Positions 39,698 to 51,646 of a stretch of DNA of 64,000 nt are shown piece after piece (within the stretch, counting starts at the first letter, position 1; every line of letters starts with the position of its first letter). Source of the DNA: Octopus bimaculoides (Eukaryota). The notes below the pieces were generated by a model, which saw nothing but the letters and a program-made list of their open reading frames with translations, was not told where the DNA came from and made no database searches. The translations under genes were made by a program, and so were the position numbers. The stretch spans positions 138,061,583-138,125,582 of the forward strand of contig NC_068983.1 of assembly GCF_001194135.2 (NCBI RefSeq), in the 5' to 3' direction.

Positions 39698-41589
39698 GTG
39701 TAAACTTTCTACTACCCGTATAGAAAAGTTCTCCTCGTCTTTCTCTTTCTCTTTCTCACATTCTTACAATAATCTATATAGGTATTTGTTGCAATTTCTC
39801 ATACATTCCTTCCTTTTGCTATTGACCTTGTTGTTGACCTATGTGTTCGCAACATGTGGCTGCAGTGGATGACCTTTTTATTTATTCGTAGATATTGTTG
39901 ATTTTATTTTCAATGTAAGTTTTGTATTGACATAGCTGCCAATGGTTTTCGTTGTGTTGATTGCTATTAAATTATCATTGTTTTGACGTGGGGCAATACT
40001 ATTTCAGATGACATGACAAGTTGTTTATGAAGCCCCTCGGTTTCTTGTTCGTAACTAACAGCCTGTTATACTAGTTTTAGATGAAACACCAAATATTACC
40101 ACGATCGAGTATCATTAACATTTGTTGTTTCATTTCCAACATCTTTCAATTGGTTTCCAAGGATATTCAACCGACAATACATCCTCATTAATTCTAATGA
40201 ACTGTGAATCTACACCCACCATCAGATTCTAGAAGTTTAAATTCTGATTCCTTCTATCCTTTAGTCAATTCTACTGGGTTTCAAACTTCTTAACAACGGA
40301 TAACGTCTCCAGTTCTTTTCTTTTGGGGAGCAACAAAATTTCTTAGAAAGTGGATATGAACACATTAATTCTGAAACAGTGACACTCAAGTTCAAAATGT
40401 GACATTCAGTTTATTGTTTAACCGTGATAGCACTAAAGCAAATTATTATTGCCCTTATCATACATCTACGCATAAGAAGGTGTTCCTATGCTGTATTTTC
40501 TGCTGCAAGTGTTGTTGTTTATCACCAGGACCGGCCTTAATTTGGCAGTCCTGTCAAAAGATACTAAACACAATTTGGTTTTTATTTTTAGGCATTGATG
40601 CTTTGAAAACTATATTATCAAATGCAGGTGCTGTATATCGCCTGCGTACATATAATTGAGTATATACATTCTAATGCTGGTGTTGTTTTGGGCGGTGATA
40701 TAGATTTTATTAACATTTTTACTGAGACTGTATCTGTCATTTTACTATTGTCTTTGTTAAGTTTGTCGATAAAGTTAACGTCCATCTGTGGTTTTACTCA
40801 AGACAGATTGACAACACATATTCCGTTTTCCCTGCTAGATGTTTTTACAAGAGAATAAATTATAGTTTCTACCTCTATTGTTGCAGTCACTACCATACGT
40901 TATTCCTTTCACATTTTATTCTGTTGTCACTTTAAATGCCGTGGCACTGACATGCTTTAGCTATTCTCTATTATGTTGCTTGTCGAAAAACTCATGCTCT
41001 TTTTCCTTTATTTTGGATGATTTCAAATATTCCACTCCCGCCATTAAAGAAATGATAGTGAGGATCATTATCATCTTCATTATCATCATAATGATAAATA
41101 GTGTGGTGTGTGTATTACATAACATTCCTGTATTCGCCACTTTGTTTTATTGTACTTTTATCATAGTTTGGATGGGGGTGGTTATTCTTGTTTATTCTAC
41201 GTAGTTTGAAAGTATTAAACGTTGATTACATTGCATATGTTCTGTATAAGTTGTATTATTTTGAGTTAGATGCAAAGCGTATAGTGAGAAGCCAGTTGTT
41301 AAACAGATGAAATAGTATGTAGAAAGTTTGATGCACCTTGTCCTATTCTTTTTTGAATTTGTGTGAAAGCTTGTGGGTTTACAAATTTGTTGGGTTATCT
41401 CTTCACATTATTCTATGTATTCAATTTATCATTAGTACTTACTTTTTTCCTCTTCTCATAATTCATATTTTGGTTTCGGGATTCTTTGGCTTTTCTTTCT
41501 GGGGTGATGTATTAGTTGTGATGTAACAATTATCTAAGTGAGAAAATTTACTCTCTTTGTTAGTCTTGATAAGAATGTCCCACGTTATA

Positions 41590-42870
41590 TTTGCTTTATA
41601 AATGCCACTTACATCAAACTTGGTATATTAATGTTGACTGCATAGTATCAAGTTGATATCAACGTCACGTTAAATGTTTGCTCGAAATCGCTGTAACACT
41701 CTTTCTTGATATTCTCTTTCATACTTGCATGCTGAATGCCAGAGCCCTCATTTATTCTGAGGTATTTATAAGTTTGTTCCTGCTCGAGTTCTTTTGTGAC
41801 CGTGTCAACATTCAACTCCACCGAATGTGAGGTCTTCAGCTTCCCTTTCTGGAAAGTGGCCTTAGCACTTTTATCAAGACTAAATTCCACCCCAATGTCA
41901 TCACTGAATGCTTTCCCAGTACGTAGTAGTCCTTCAAACTCATTATCGTCTTTGCCATAGAGTTTTAAGTCATCCATATAAAACCGATGACTTATTTTCT
42001 TGTCACCAATTTTATATCCATGCCCTGTTCTGTTAAGTTCACTTGTCAGGAGTATTAGGGCTATGCTGAAAATTAAAGGGGAAAGTGAGTCACTTTGGAG
42101 AATGACGCAGTTGGTATTAATATTTTTTGTAGTCAGTACTCCATTAGAGTGTAATAATTGGAGATTCATGTTCCACATTGAGATGTTGTGCTTCAGGATG
42201 TTTGAAATCACAGGAGAAATTTTGAAGATATCCCGCGATTTCAAGATCCATGACTGCAGTATGCTGTCGAAGACCTTTTTATAATCAATCTATGCAGAAA
42301 TGAGGTTTCTGCGTTTCTTATGACAGTTCTCGAGGATCATTCGATTGATTAAGAGTAGGTCTTTGCATCCATATGAGCCTCGTTGGCATCCCTTTTGTTC
42401 AGTAGGGAAAATATCGTTCTGTTCCATAAGTTTATATGTTTTCTCCACGAGGATGGACGTTAAAATTTTATACGTTTTAGATAAACATGTTATGGGCCGA
42501 TAGTTTTAGGGAGATTTGGTTTTATTATTCTTCGGGAGTAGGTAAGTAATAACCTCTTGCTAACCAATCAAGTGTTTTCGTAGGATCTCTCATAATTTCA
42601 TTGAATAACTGGACTAACCTTTCGTGTGCGCACGGGAGTGAGGCGAGTCAGAAATTTGGCACTCTATCATTACAAGGGGATTTCCAATTACGAGCCATCG
42701 CGATTGTCATTCATAGGTCTGCTATTGTGATGTCTTCCCATGCTTGTTCTGGTAAGTTTTGGTAGGATACTTCTGTGAGTCTAATCCAGTCTGCATTTTC
42801 ATTGTAAGTTTTTTCAACACTCGAGATATTACAAGGTTCTATTCCAATCAATCTCATCTTTATTCTTCAA
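41590..42870 (-). mobile_element. R4/Dong-clade non-LTR retrotransposon RT fragment A
   Basis: KNYRPITCL, EQKGC, IDYKKVFDS, ILQSDSLSPLIFSIAL, ISHRFYMDDLKLYGK, YKYL, with stops and frameshifts; typical R4-clade RT signature. Confidence 0.88.
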
Positions 42871-42885
42871 GAACTGACTGTATAT

Positions 42886-43056
42886 TTTCTTACATTATTT
42901 ACATTATTTACATTTAACAGATATTTGTCCTCATATGGTTTGTTGTTAACACAACGTTTCGGTTGATATACTCTCCAGCCTTCATCAGATGTCTTCGGGA
43001 AATTTCGAACTTGGGTTCTTATTCCTAAGGTATTCTTAAGGTCACTGCCTGGAATC
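42886..43056 (-). mobile_element. Short SINE-like element carrying a hammerhead motif
   Basis: Non-coding insert between two RT fragments; minus strand ends in a (taaataatg)n-type repeat tail; B-box-like gttcgaaat upstream of the ribozyme. Confidence 0.55.
42948..42993 (-). ncRNA. Minimal type I hammerhead ribozyme motif
   Basis: gacat-CTGATGA-a-ggctg[gagagtatat]caacc-GAAAC-GTT-gtgtt; palindromic helix III (AACGTT), GUU triplet, one stem II mismatch. Confidence 0.7.
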
Positions 43057-43455
43057 TGATCTTCTCTTTCATTGCTGAATGTTTTATGCCGTTACTTTCG
43101 TCTATGCCAAAGTATTTATATGCTTCTTCCTAGTCTAGTGCTCGGATTCTTGCTTCTGTATCTACGTGAATATCCACAGAACATGCCAGTTTGCTTCTTA
43201 TGAAAGTGGCTTTCGCGCATTTCTCCAGTCCAAACTGCATCCTGATATCATTACTGAACTTTTTAACCGTAGCAAATAGACCTTCTTGTTATTCGTCATT
43301 TTTTGAGTATATTTTCAGATCATCCATGTAGAACAGATGACTCCCTTTTTCTTCATGATCCCATATCCATACCCAGTTTTGTTGAGCATAGTACCTAATG
43401 GTGCTAGTGCCAAGCAGAATATTAAGGGTGACAGCGAGTCCCCTTGGAGGATACC
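43057..43455 (-). mobile_element. R4/Dong-clade RT fragment B
   Basis: GILQGDSLSPLIFCLALAPL, FYMDDLKIYSK, MQFGLEKCAKATF, YKYFGI; paralogous to part of fragment A. Confidence 0.85.
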
Positions 43456-43475
43456 ACAAACATAAAAATACTCAC

Positions 43476-43631
43476 TATATACCACTGGCCTCTTTCAGTT
43501 TCCGTCTACCAAATGCACTCATAAGCCTGTAGATGGCCCGAGGTAGAAGATACTTGCCCAAGGTGCGACGTTCTGGGACGGAACTCGGAACCATGTAGTT
43601 GGGAAGGAAACTTCTTATCGCACACACACGC
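43476..43631 (-). mobile_element. tRNA/CORE-like SINE head
   Basis: Minus strand ggttccgagttccgtcccag (B-box-like) then ccttgggcaagtatcttctacctc (CORE-like) and gcatttggtagacggaaactgaaagag. Confidence 0.78.
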
Positions 43632-44156
43632 ACAGAGACACACACACACACACGAGTGTCTGTGCGTTGAGTGTTTGTAGATACATATAAAGATACATAT
43701 CTTTATGTGTGTTTATATATATATATGTTTAAATTGAATTTAATTACATATAAGTATATGAAAGTTAAAGTTCATGATTTAAAGAAAAATTTCGATAACT
43801 GGAAAACGGTGATCTTAACTTCAACTTCAACCTCTACTGATTATACACAGATATGTGTGTATATTAATATATTTACAGCAAATGGTTCTTCGATACACAA
43901 TATAATAGGAATCGATGCTCTGTTATAAACAGTGTTTGATATCTATTAAAACGTTGAACAATCACTGAGGGACGATACAATTCACAGAGGACAGTGCGAA
44001 AGAGAAACTATTTGGCCTCTGCTAACACTGGCTTACTGTTTTGTGGGAAGTTTACTTGTTTCATCGTTCTGATGTCGTTCTTTCTTTAATCTTGATGTAG
44101 TTTTACTATGAAACTATGTATACTGCGCATATTGTTATACAAACATACATACACAA

Positions 44157-44203
<47 letters not shown>

Positions 44204-45201
44204 ATATATGTATATATATATATATATATATANNNNNNNNNNNNNNNNNNNNNNNNNNNNNNNNNNNNNNNNNNNNNNNNNNNNNNNNNNNNNNNNNNNN
44301 NNNNNNNNNNNNNNNNNNNNNNNNNNNNNNNNNNNNNNNNNNNNNNNNNNNNNNNNNNNNNNNNNNNNNNNNNNNNNNNNNNNNNNNNNNNNNNNNNNNN
44401 NNNNNNNNNNNNNNNNNNNNNNNNNNNNNNNNNNNNNNNNNNNNNNNNNNNNNNNNNNNNNNNNNNNNNNNNNNNNNNNNNNNNNNNNNNNNNNNNNNNN
44501 NNNNNNNNNNNNNNNNNNNNNNNNNNNNNNNNNNNNNNNNNNNNNNNNNNNNNNNNNNNNNNNNNNNNNNNNNNNNNNNNNNNNNNNNNNNNNNNNNNNN
44601 NNNNNNNNNNNNNNNNNNNNNNNNNNNNNNNNNNNNNNNNNNNNNNNNNNNNNNNNNNNNNNNNNNNNNNNNNNNNNNNNNNNNNNNNNNNNNNNNNNNN
44701 NNNNNNNNNNNNNNNNNNNNNNNNNNNNNNNNNNNNNNNNNNNNNNNNNNNNNNNNNNNNNNNNNNNNNNNNNNNNNNNNNNNNNNNNNNNNNNNNNNNN
44801 NNNNNNNNNNNNNNNNNNNNNNNNNNNNNNNNNNNNNNNNNNNNNNNNNNNNNNNNNNNNNNNNNNNNNNNNNNNNNNNNNNNNNNNNNNNNNNNNNNNN
44901 NNNNNNNNNNNNNNNNNNNNNNNNNNNNNNNNNNNNNNNNNNNNNNNNNNNNNNNNNNNNNNNNNNNNNNNNNNNNNNNNNNNNNNNNNNNNNNNNNNNN
45001 NNNNNNNNNNNNNNNNNNNNNNNNNNNNNNNNNNNNNNNNNNNNNNNNNNNNNNNNNNNNNNNNNNNNNNNNNNNNNNNNNNNNNNNNNNNNNNNNNNNN
45101 NNNNNNNNNNNNNNNNNNNNNNNNNNNNNNNNNNNNNNNNNNNNNNNNNNNNNNNNNNNNNNNNNNNNNNNNNNNNNNNNNNNNNNNNNNNNNNNNNNNN
45201 N

Positions 45202-45254
<53 letters not shown>

Positions 45255-45649
45255 TACACATGCACATATGCACAATGGCTCGTATGCACACACATATAAG
45301 ACAAAGAATGAATATAGCGCAACTTTATTAATTATTAGAGTTACAATTGTATGACTTGATGCTCGTCTGCTGAAGATGCGTATGTTCATTCATTTGTTTT
45401 CTTATTTGTATTATATCTTACTCTTCGTAAGATCTGCACACTGCTTTTGCCAATGATGTAACTGGAGTTTCTGCAGCAGTGGACTGCTTTCTTGAAAGTT
45501 GCAATATGAAAGAATAGATAGGCAAGAGCTTAGGTTGAGAGTTGTATTGCAGATACACTTTTCTATGCTATCTTCGCCACACAAATACAAACACGCACAT
45601 ACATATACATAAACATGCACGCTCACACATACTCTAGTATCCGACTGTG

Positions 45650-45730
45650 AATATGAGTGCTCAATACCGCACTGGTGGATAAATGTTCCTTCTATTGTGA
45701 ATTAACAAGACAGCCAGTGGCTTCATGTGG
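45650..45730. repeat. Interspersed repeat fragment (family E)
   Basis: atgagtgctcaa.ac.gca..ggtggata..at..ctatt.gtgaattaa shared with 59143-59214. Confidence 0.65.
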
Positions 45731-47496
45731 AAGTTGTCCACGATTATTCAAGCGATGCACTTGGGAGTGTTGATACTCGTCTTCATTTTACATGAGAATA
45801 TACGAGTTTACTGGAGTCTTTACGGGATTTAAAGTAAATACACAGCCTAGAGCTAAATGTTATCTCCCTTGCATTGGTCTTAGATTTTTCAAAAATTTGC
45901 GCTTACCATAATTTAATTAATTTCTTAATTATCATATGCGAGAATGCTCACGGAGACCCCCCCCCCACCATATATATATATGTATATATATATATATATN
46001 NNNNNNNNNNNNNNNNNNNNNNNNNNNNNNNNNNNNNNNNNNNNNNNNNNNNNNNNNNNNNNNNNNNNNNNNNNNNNNNNNNNNNNNNNNNNNNNNNNNN
46101 NNNNNNNNNNNNNNNNNNNNNNNNNNNNNNNNNNNNNNNNNNNNNNNNNNNNNNNNNNNNNNNNNNNNNNNNNNNNNNNNNNNNNNNNNNNNNNNNNNNN
46201 NNNNNNNNNNNNNNNNNNNNNNNNNNNNNNNNNNNNNNNNNNNNNNNNNNNNNNNNNNNNNNNNNNNNNNNNNNNNNNNNNNNNNNNNNNNNNNNNNTGT
46301 GTGTGTGTGTGTGTATGTGTGTGTGTATATGTGTGTGTGTATGTGTGTGTATGTGTGTGTGTGCGTGTGTGTGCGTGTGTGTGTACATCATACTTTTGTC
46401 GATGTTTGAACATGTGTGTATTATTATGTATGGAATTTCACTTATTTTGGATCCCAAGTTGTTCCATGAAATTGTAAGTTCATATTAATATATTCTTGTG
46501 AATTGTGTATACGAATCTGTATACGTATCTATGCAGTTACAAAATCCGGCATGAGTTCATAGGCTTATATGTCAGTAATGCATATTTTGCATATAATAGA
46601 TATACAAAATTTATTCAGGCTGGAAAGAAGGCAAGGTGGGTGAGGGTCATGCTTGAAATTTAGAAGAATTAACTGTTGTTTGTGCATTCAAGCGGAGAAA
46701 ATTCCGTCCCTAATATTCAAAATATTCAATAATATTGAATTTTACTGTGATGTGCAGCTTGCATTTGCTGTCCACAATTTCTGGCCTCAGCTGTGATGTA
46801 CCAAATATATGACGGTTTTCTACATTCTTCTCTTTAAGGGTCAGTACTATATTGAATAAAGATGTATGACTTTTTTTCTTGCTTCTCTTATTCTTCATCC
46901 CTTCTGTTCTTCTCTCCCTTTCACCGTTCCCTCCCACTCACACTCTTCTTCCCTGGCTCTCTCGTCGGTGACACATGTGACGAAAGGGGATCTTTCTTTC
47001 TGTCCACCGCTTTGCTAAAGAAAAAACGTGCCTTTTCCTGTCTCCTCATCGCTCGTCTACCTAGCGTTCATAATAATTTTTCTATCGTTTTGGCTCAAGA
47101 GTCCTCACCGTTTGCTTTTACTGTCTTGTTCTCACTGTCCAGTTCTTGTTAACAGTTTGACCCTCCACAAAAAATCCCAAATTTTATTTAATTTGCTTTG
47201 TAAGAAGGACTGTTTCAACGAAGTCGCGTATTGTCCTTGCCTTCGAAACGTGGAGTAGAAGAAACAGGGACAACTGACGAAGAGGTATACTGTTTATGTT
47301 GCATGTCTCGTTTCTCTGTTTGTTTTTTTCGTTGTTCGAGAAAAGTTTGTTTTCTGTTTTCGATTTTATGTTTTCGTTTCGCATTATGTTTAACGTTTTT
47401 TTGATGTCCCGTACCCATATATGCATGTATGTATACATATAGATGTAGGTATGTACATATATGTATGAATATATGCATATATTCATATATTATTTA

Positions 47497-47757
47497 TATT
47501 ATTATTATTGTTCAGTAATTTTATTTTTATAACGTGCTTTCACTTCACTACCGAGCGCAGCTCTGTGCGCCTTGGGTATGTGCTGTGGTTTGCTGTGGTG
47601 CTCTTATGTTTACTGTATTGAAAGTGTTTTGCGTAGAATGTGTGCAGTACCCAGTAGTGCAATTTTCTGTATGTTATATATATTTGTAAGTCCTGGTGTT
47701 TTTGTTATGTATTTGTCTGAATATTTTTTTTATTATACCTAAGGCACCTACTATGAT
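47497..47757 (-). mobile_element. 3' end of an R4/Dong-clade LINE with (TAA)n tail
   Basis: IIVGALGIIKK, then after a +1 shift in an A run YSDKYITKTPGLTNIYNIQKIALLGTAHILRKTLSIQ* (stop 47610-47612), a 3' UTR of about 100 bp and (taa)n. Confidence 0.85.
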
Positions 47758-48598
47758 NNNNNNNNNNNNNNNNNNNNNNNNNNNNNNNNNNNNNNNNNNN
47801 NNNNNNNNNNNNNNNNNNNNNNNNNNNNNNNNNNNNNNNNNNNNNNNNNNNNNNNNNNNNNNNNNNNNNNNNNNNNNNNNNNNNNNNNNNNNNNNNNNNN
47901 NNNNNNNNNNNNNNNNNNNNNNNNNNNNNNNNNNNNNNNNNNNNNNNNNNNNNNNNNNNNNNNNNNNNNNNNNNNNNNNNNNNNNNNNNNNNNNNNNNNN
48001 NNNNNNNNNNNNNNNNNNNNNNNNNNNNNNNNNNNNNNNNNNNNNNNNNNNNNNNNNNNNNNNNNNNNNNNNNNNNNNNNNNNNNNNNNNNNNNNNNNNN
48101 NNNNNNNNNNNNNNNNNNNNNNNNNNNNNNNNNNNNNNNNNNNNNNNNNNNNNNNNNNNNNNNNNNNNNNNNNNNNNNNNNNNNNNNNNNNNNNNNNNNN
48201 NNNNNNNNNNNNNNNNNNNNNNNNNNNNNNNNNNNNNNNNNNNNNNNNNNNNNNNNNNNNNNNNNNNNNNNNNNNNNNNNNNNNNNNNNNNNNNNNNNNN
48301 NNNNNNNNNNNNNNNNNNNNNNNNNNNNNNNNNNNNNNNNNNNNNNNNNNNNNNNNNNNNNNNNNNNNNNNNNNNNNNNNNNNNNNNNNNNNNNNNNNNN
48401 NNNNNNNNNNNNNNNNNNNNNNNNNNNNNNNNNNNNNNNNNNNNNNNNNNNNNNNNNNNNNNNNNNNNNNNNNNNNNNNNNNNNNNNNNNNNNNNNNNNN
48501 NNNNNNNNNNNNNNNNNNNNNNNNNNNNNNNNNNNNNNNNNNNNNNNNNNNNNNNNNNNNNNNNNNNNNNNNNNNNNNNNNNNNNGTAGATTGATTTC

Positions 48599-48641
<43 letters not shown>
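48599..48641. repeat. (TAT)n microsatellite on the far side of the gap
   Basis: Seen directly. Confidence 0.95.
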
Positions 48642-48650
<9 letters not shown>

Positions 48651-48660
48651 TATACACACA

Positions 48661-48713
<53 letters not shown>

Positions 48714-49289
48714 GCTAAAATTTGACTAGACTTGACGTGCAGCTGAGTAATAGACTTTACTATTATATTCCAACTTTAATTAACTTAAATGTCATTCCTG
48801 CTGTTTTCGCTTCAGTTTGATTATTAAGATAATAATTTTATTCCTCCTCATTAATTTCAATTAGTTGAAATTTCTTCGCTCATTATATATAAACCCGCTT
48901 ACAAGCATCCTGGTGTTGTGTTCTAATACAGTAGTTATTCCTATGTCGTTTTTCAACAGGCATTATTTTCAGTTACTAGGTTGCCCATTTGTATTCATAA
49001 AAAAGTTTCTTCCCTTTAGGTGTTCTAAATAACGTTTATAACATGCTTTGGCGATAGGTATCAATAACGCCAAAGCATATCAAGAATTGCCATCGTATCA
49101 ATAATGATCAAAATAAATCCCCACGGGATTTTAATTTTAATTTATTTTAATTAATTAAAACATCTCAGTTATCTTCCTTTCTTTTCAATTCTGAACTAAG
49201 AATAAAAATAATGATGCTTTGTTCTCACTAAATACGCAACTTAAATTCATTGCAATTTTTCGGTTCACTTCATAACATATATTCACACA

Positions 49290-49352
<63 letters not shown>
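49290..49352. repeat. (TATC)n microsatellite
   Basis: Seen directly. Confidence 0.95.
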
Positions 49353-49353
<1 letters not shown>

Positions 49354-49410
49354 ATAGTCATGTATAAATATATATATATATATATATAAAGATATATCAA
49401 AGATATAGTC

Positions 49411-49449
<39 letters not shown>

Positions 49450-49524
49450 NNNNNNNNNNNNATATATATATGTATATGTACATACATGTGTGTGTGTGTG
49501 TGTGTGTGTGTCTGACTTTGAATG

Positions 49525-49754
49525 CGCGTCTTTGTGTCTGTGTTTGTACCCCTGCACAAACTTGACAACCAATGTTGGTGCATTTAGTCCCCGTAAGTTA
49601 GCAGTTCAGCAAAAACAAAAACAAACAAAAAGGATAGAATAAGTACCAGGCTTCAAAAGAAAAATTAGTACTAGGGTTGATTCATTCGATTAAAGAAAAG
49701 ACTCTTCAAAGCATGGCCGCAGTTTAATGATTGAAAGAAGTAATAGATAGAAGA
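49525..49754 (+). mobile_element. SINE family B body/tail
   Basis: cttgacaacc..tgttggtg..gtccccgtaagttagc..gatagaataagtacc..gcatggccgcagtttaatgattgaaa; follows (TA)n(TG)n. Confidence 0.78.
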
Positions 49755-50436
49755 TTGCAGGTAGACTCGAATTGATTACGAACTTTTTCAAAGAAGCGCC
49801 CCAGCTAGCATTACACACACACGTCTCAACCCACAGACACTTTTTTTTCTTTTTGCACCTTTCGCCTTTGAGAGGCTAAGAAACGCAAATTAGGGCCACA
49901 CAAACTATCAAGAAACAACTAAATGTCAAACTGTAAAACTCCCTGATTCCATCTAACACAATTTACACCTTAGAGAAATACCCTAAAATTCACTGATACA
50001 CACAGAGATCGATCTCACACCAGATTGCTTTCGCTTGCTTATGAACATCGTTACCAATTATGTGACGCTGAGCGTGCGCTCGCTGTTCTGTCAAATTAGA
50101 TGTCTAAAAGATTTCTATCTCACGATAAACCATTTATTTCACTTGTATCAATGTTGAAATTTCCTGGTATAAGAATTTTTTTTCACTGCTCATAATGTAA
50201 AAATCCAGAATCAGTGAAATCCGCTGAGAGTCTGCGTCGACAGCAAGTAATTTTCCATTGAATAATGTAGTCATAGATACATTCAATTAAGTATGACTAT
50301 ATCTTTGCTTTAAACTAAACTTCGCCTTCTTCATTGCTAATTCGTCAGCCATTTAACGCTATGCAGTCAAGCTTCTACTGGTGTCTGACAGTTACATACA
50401 CGCACTCACAAATACACGCACTCACAAATACACAAA

Positions 50437-50480
<44 letters not shown>

Positions 50481-50482
<2 letters not shown>

Positions 50483-50553
50483 AGGCGAAGTGGCCCAGTG
50501 CTTAGGGCACATACGCCATAGAAACTGGGGAACCGGGCCCATGAAGGGCGAGG
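50481..50553 (+). mobile_element. 73 bp GC-rich insert in (TA)n, probable internally deleted SINE
   Basis: Starts ggaggcgaagtggcccagtgcttagggca (A-box-like tggcccagtg); flanked on both sides by (TA)n. Confidence 0.5.
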
Positions 50554-51289
50554 AAATATATATATATATATCAACAAAATATATGAATATAAGCATCTGA
50601 ATATATATATATATGTACCACATACTGTCTGTTTCTGCCATTTGTTGTTTAGCAAACGTATTCCATCCATGATCATGTCATATGTTTATATATCTGGAAC
50701 TACATTATACTTTTGAGACGGTAAGATGTCATCTGAGAGAAATTTTGTGGTTATTTCTTGTCAGCAAAATTGTAAATTAGCGTCATTCGAGTTTCTTTTA
50801 ATCCTGATTGGTCTTTTCAATTATATCTATCGTTTCGTTCTTTATATTCAATGATTTCTTGAAATTTCCAAGCAAGTTCTCACGTTTTTCTTTATCCCTG
50901 CTTTGCTCCTGTTGACTACAAACGTTGCTCTTTCAAATATATTGATTAACGTTTACATTACAAATCAACACACCGTAACACTATTTTAAGCATATAGTTT
51001 TCTTCAGTTAGTACGCCTCTTCTGCTTCTGTAAGTCAAATGAACTGGAGACATGCTGTCGCTGTTACCACTTCTACTGATTATTCTAATATATGTATATT
51101 GAGAAAATTATTGTTGATGTTTTAATAGGACGATACTTTGCGTAGTGGCCTCCTGGTTAGCTATTAATTAAATAAACTGCTTATGTAGACTTTCATATGA
51201 AAAAATATTGTCTACAAGGTTCACTGCCACCATATATATTATTTCACAAGTACTTATCTCAGCCCCCCACACACGCTACACACATCTAT

Positions 51290-51476
<187 letters not shown>

Positions 51477-51480
51477 ACCA

Positions 51481-51646
51481 TTTTTTTCTCGACCCCTTTT
51501 GATCGAACTTCCCCCTTTTCCCTTCCTACGATCCCTTTTGATCGACACACCCTTTTTTCCCCTTCCCCCTCCCAAAAAGAAAAGCTCTACATTGTATTTG
51601 TCCCATCTTTGTTGAGCCCTGTGTGGCTAATAAAAGAAATGTATCT
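51481..51646 (+). mobile_element. Short Tx1-type 3' tail module A
   Basis: Highly similar to 54671-54834; ends gccctgtgtggctaataaaagaaatgtatct; flanked by direct repeat tatctaacca (51471-51480, 51642-51651). Confidence 0.8.
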
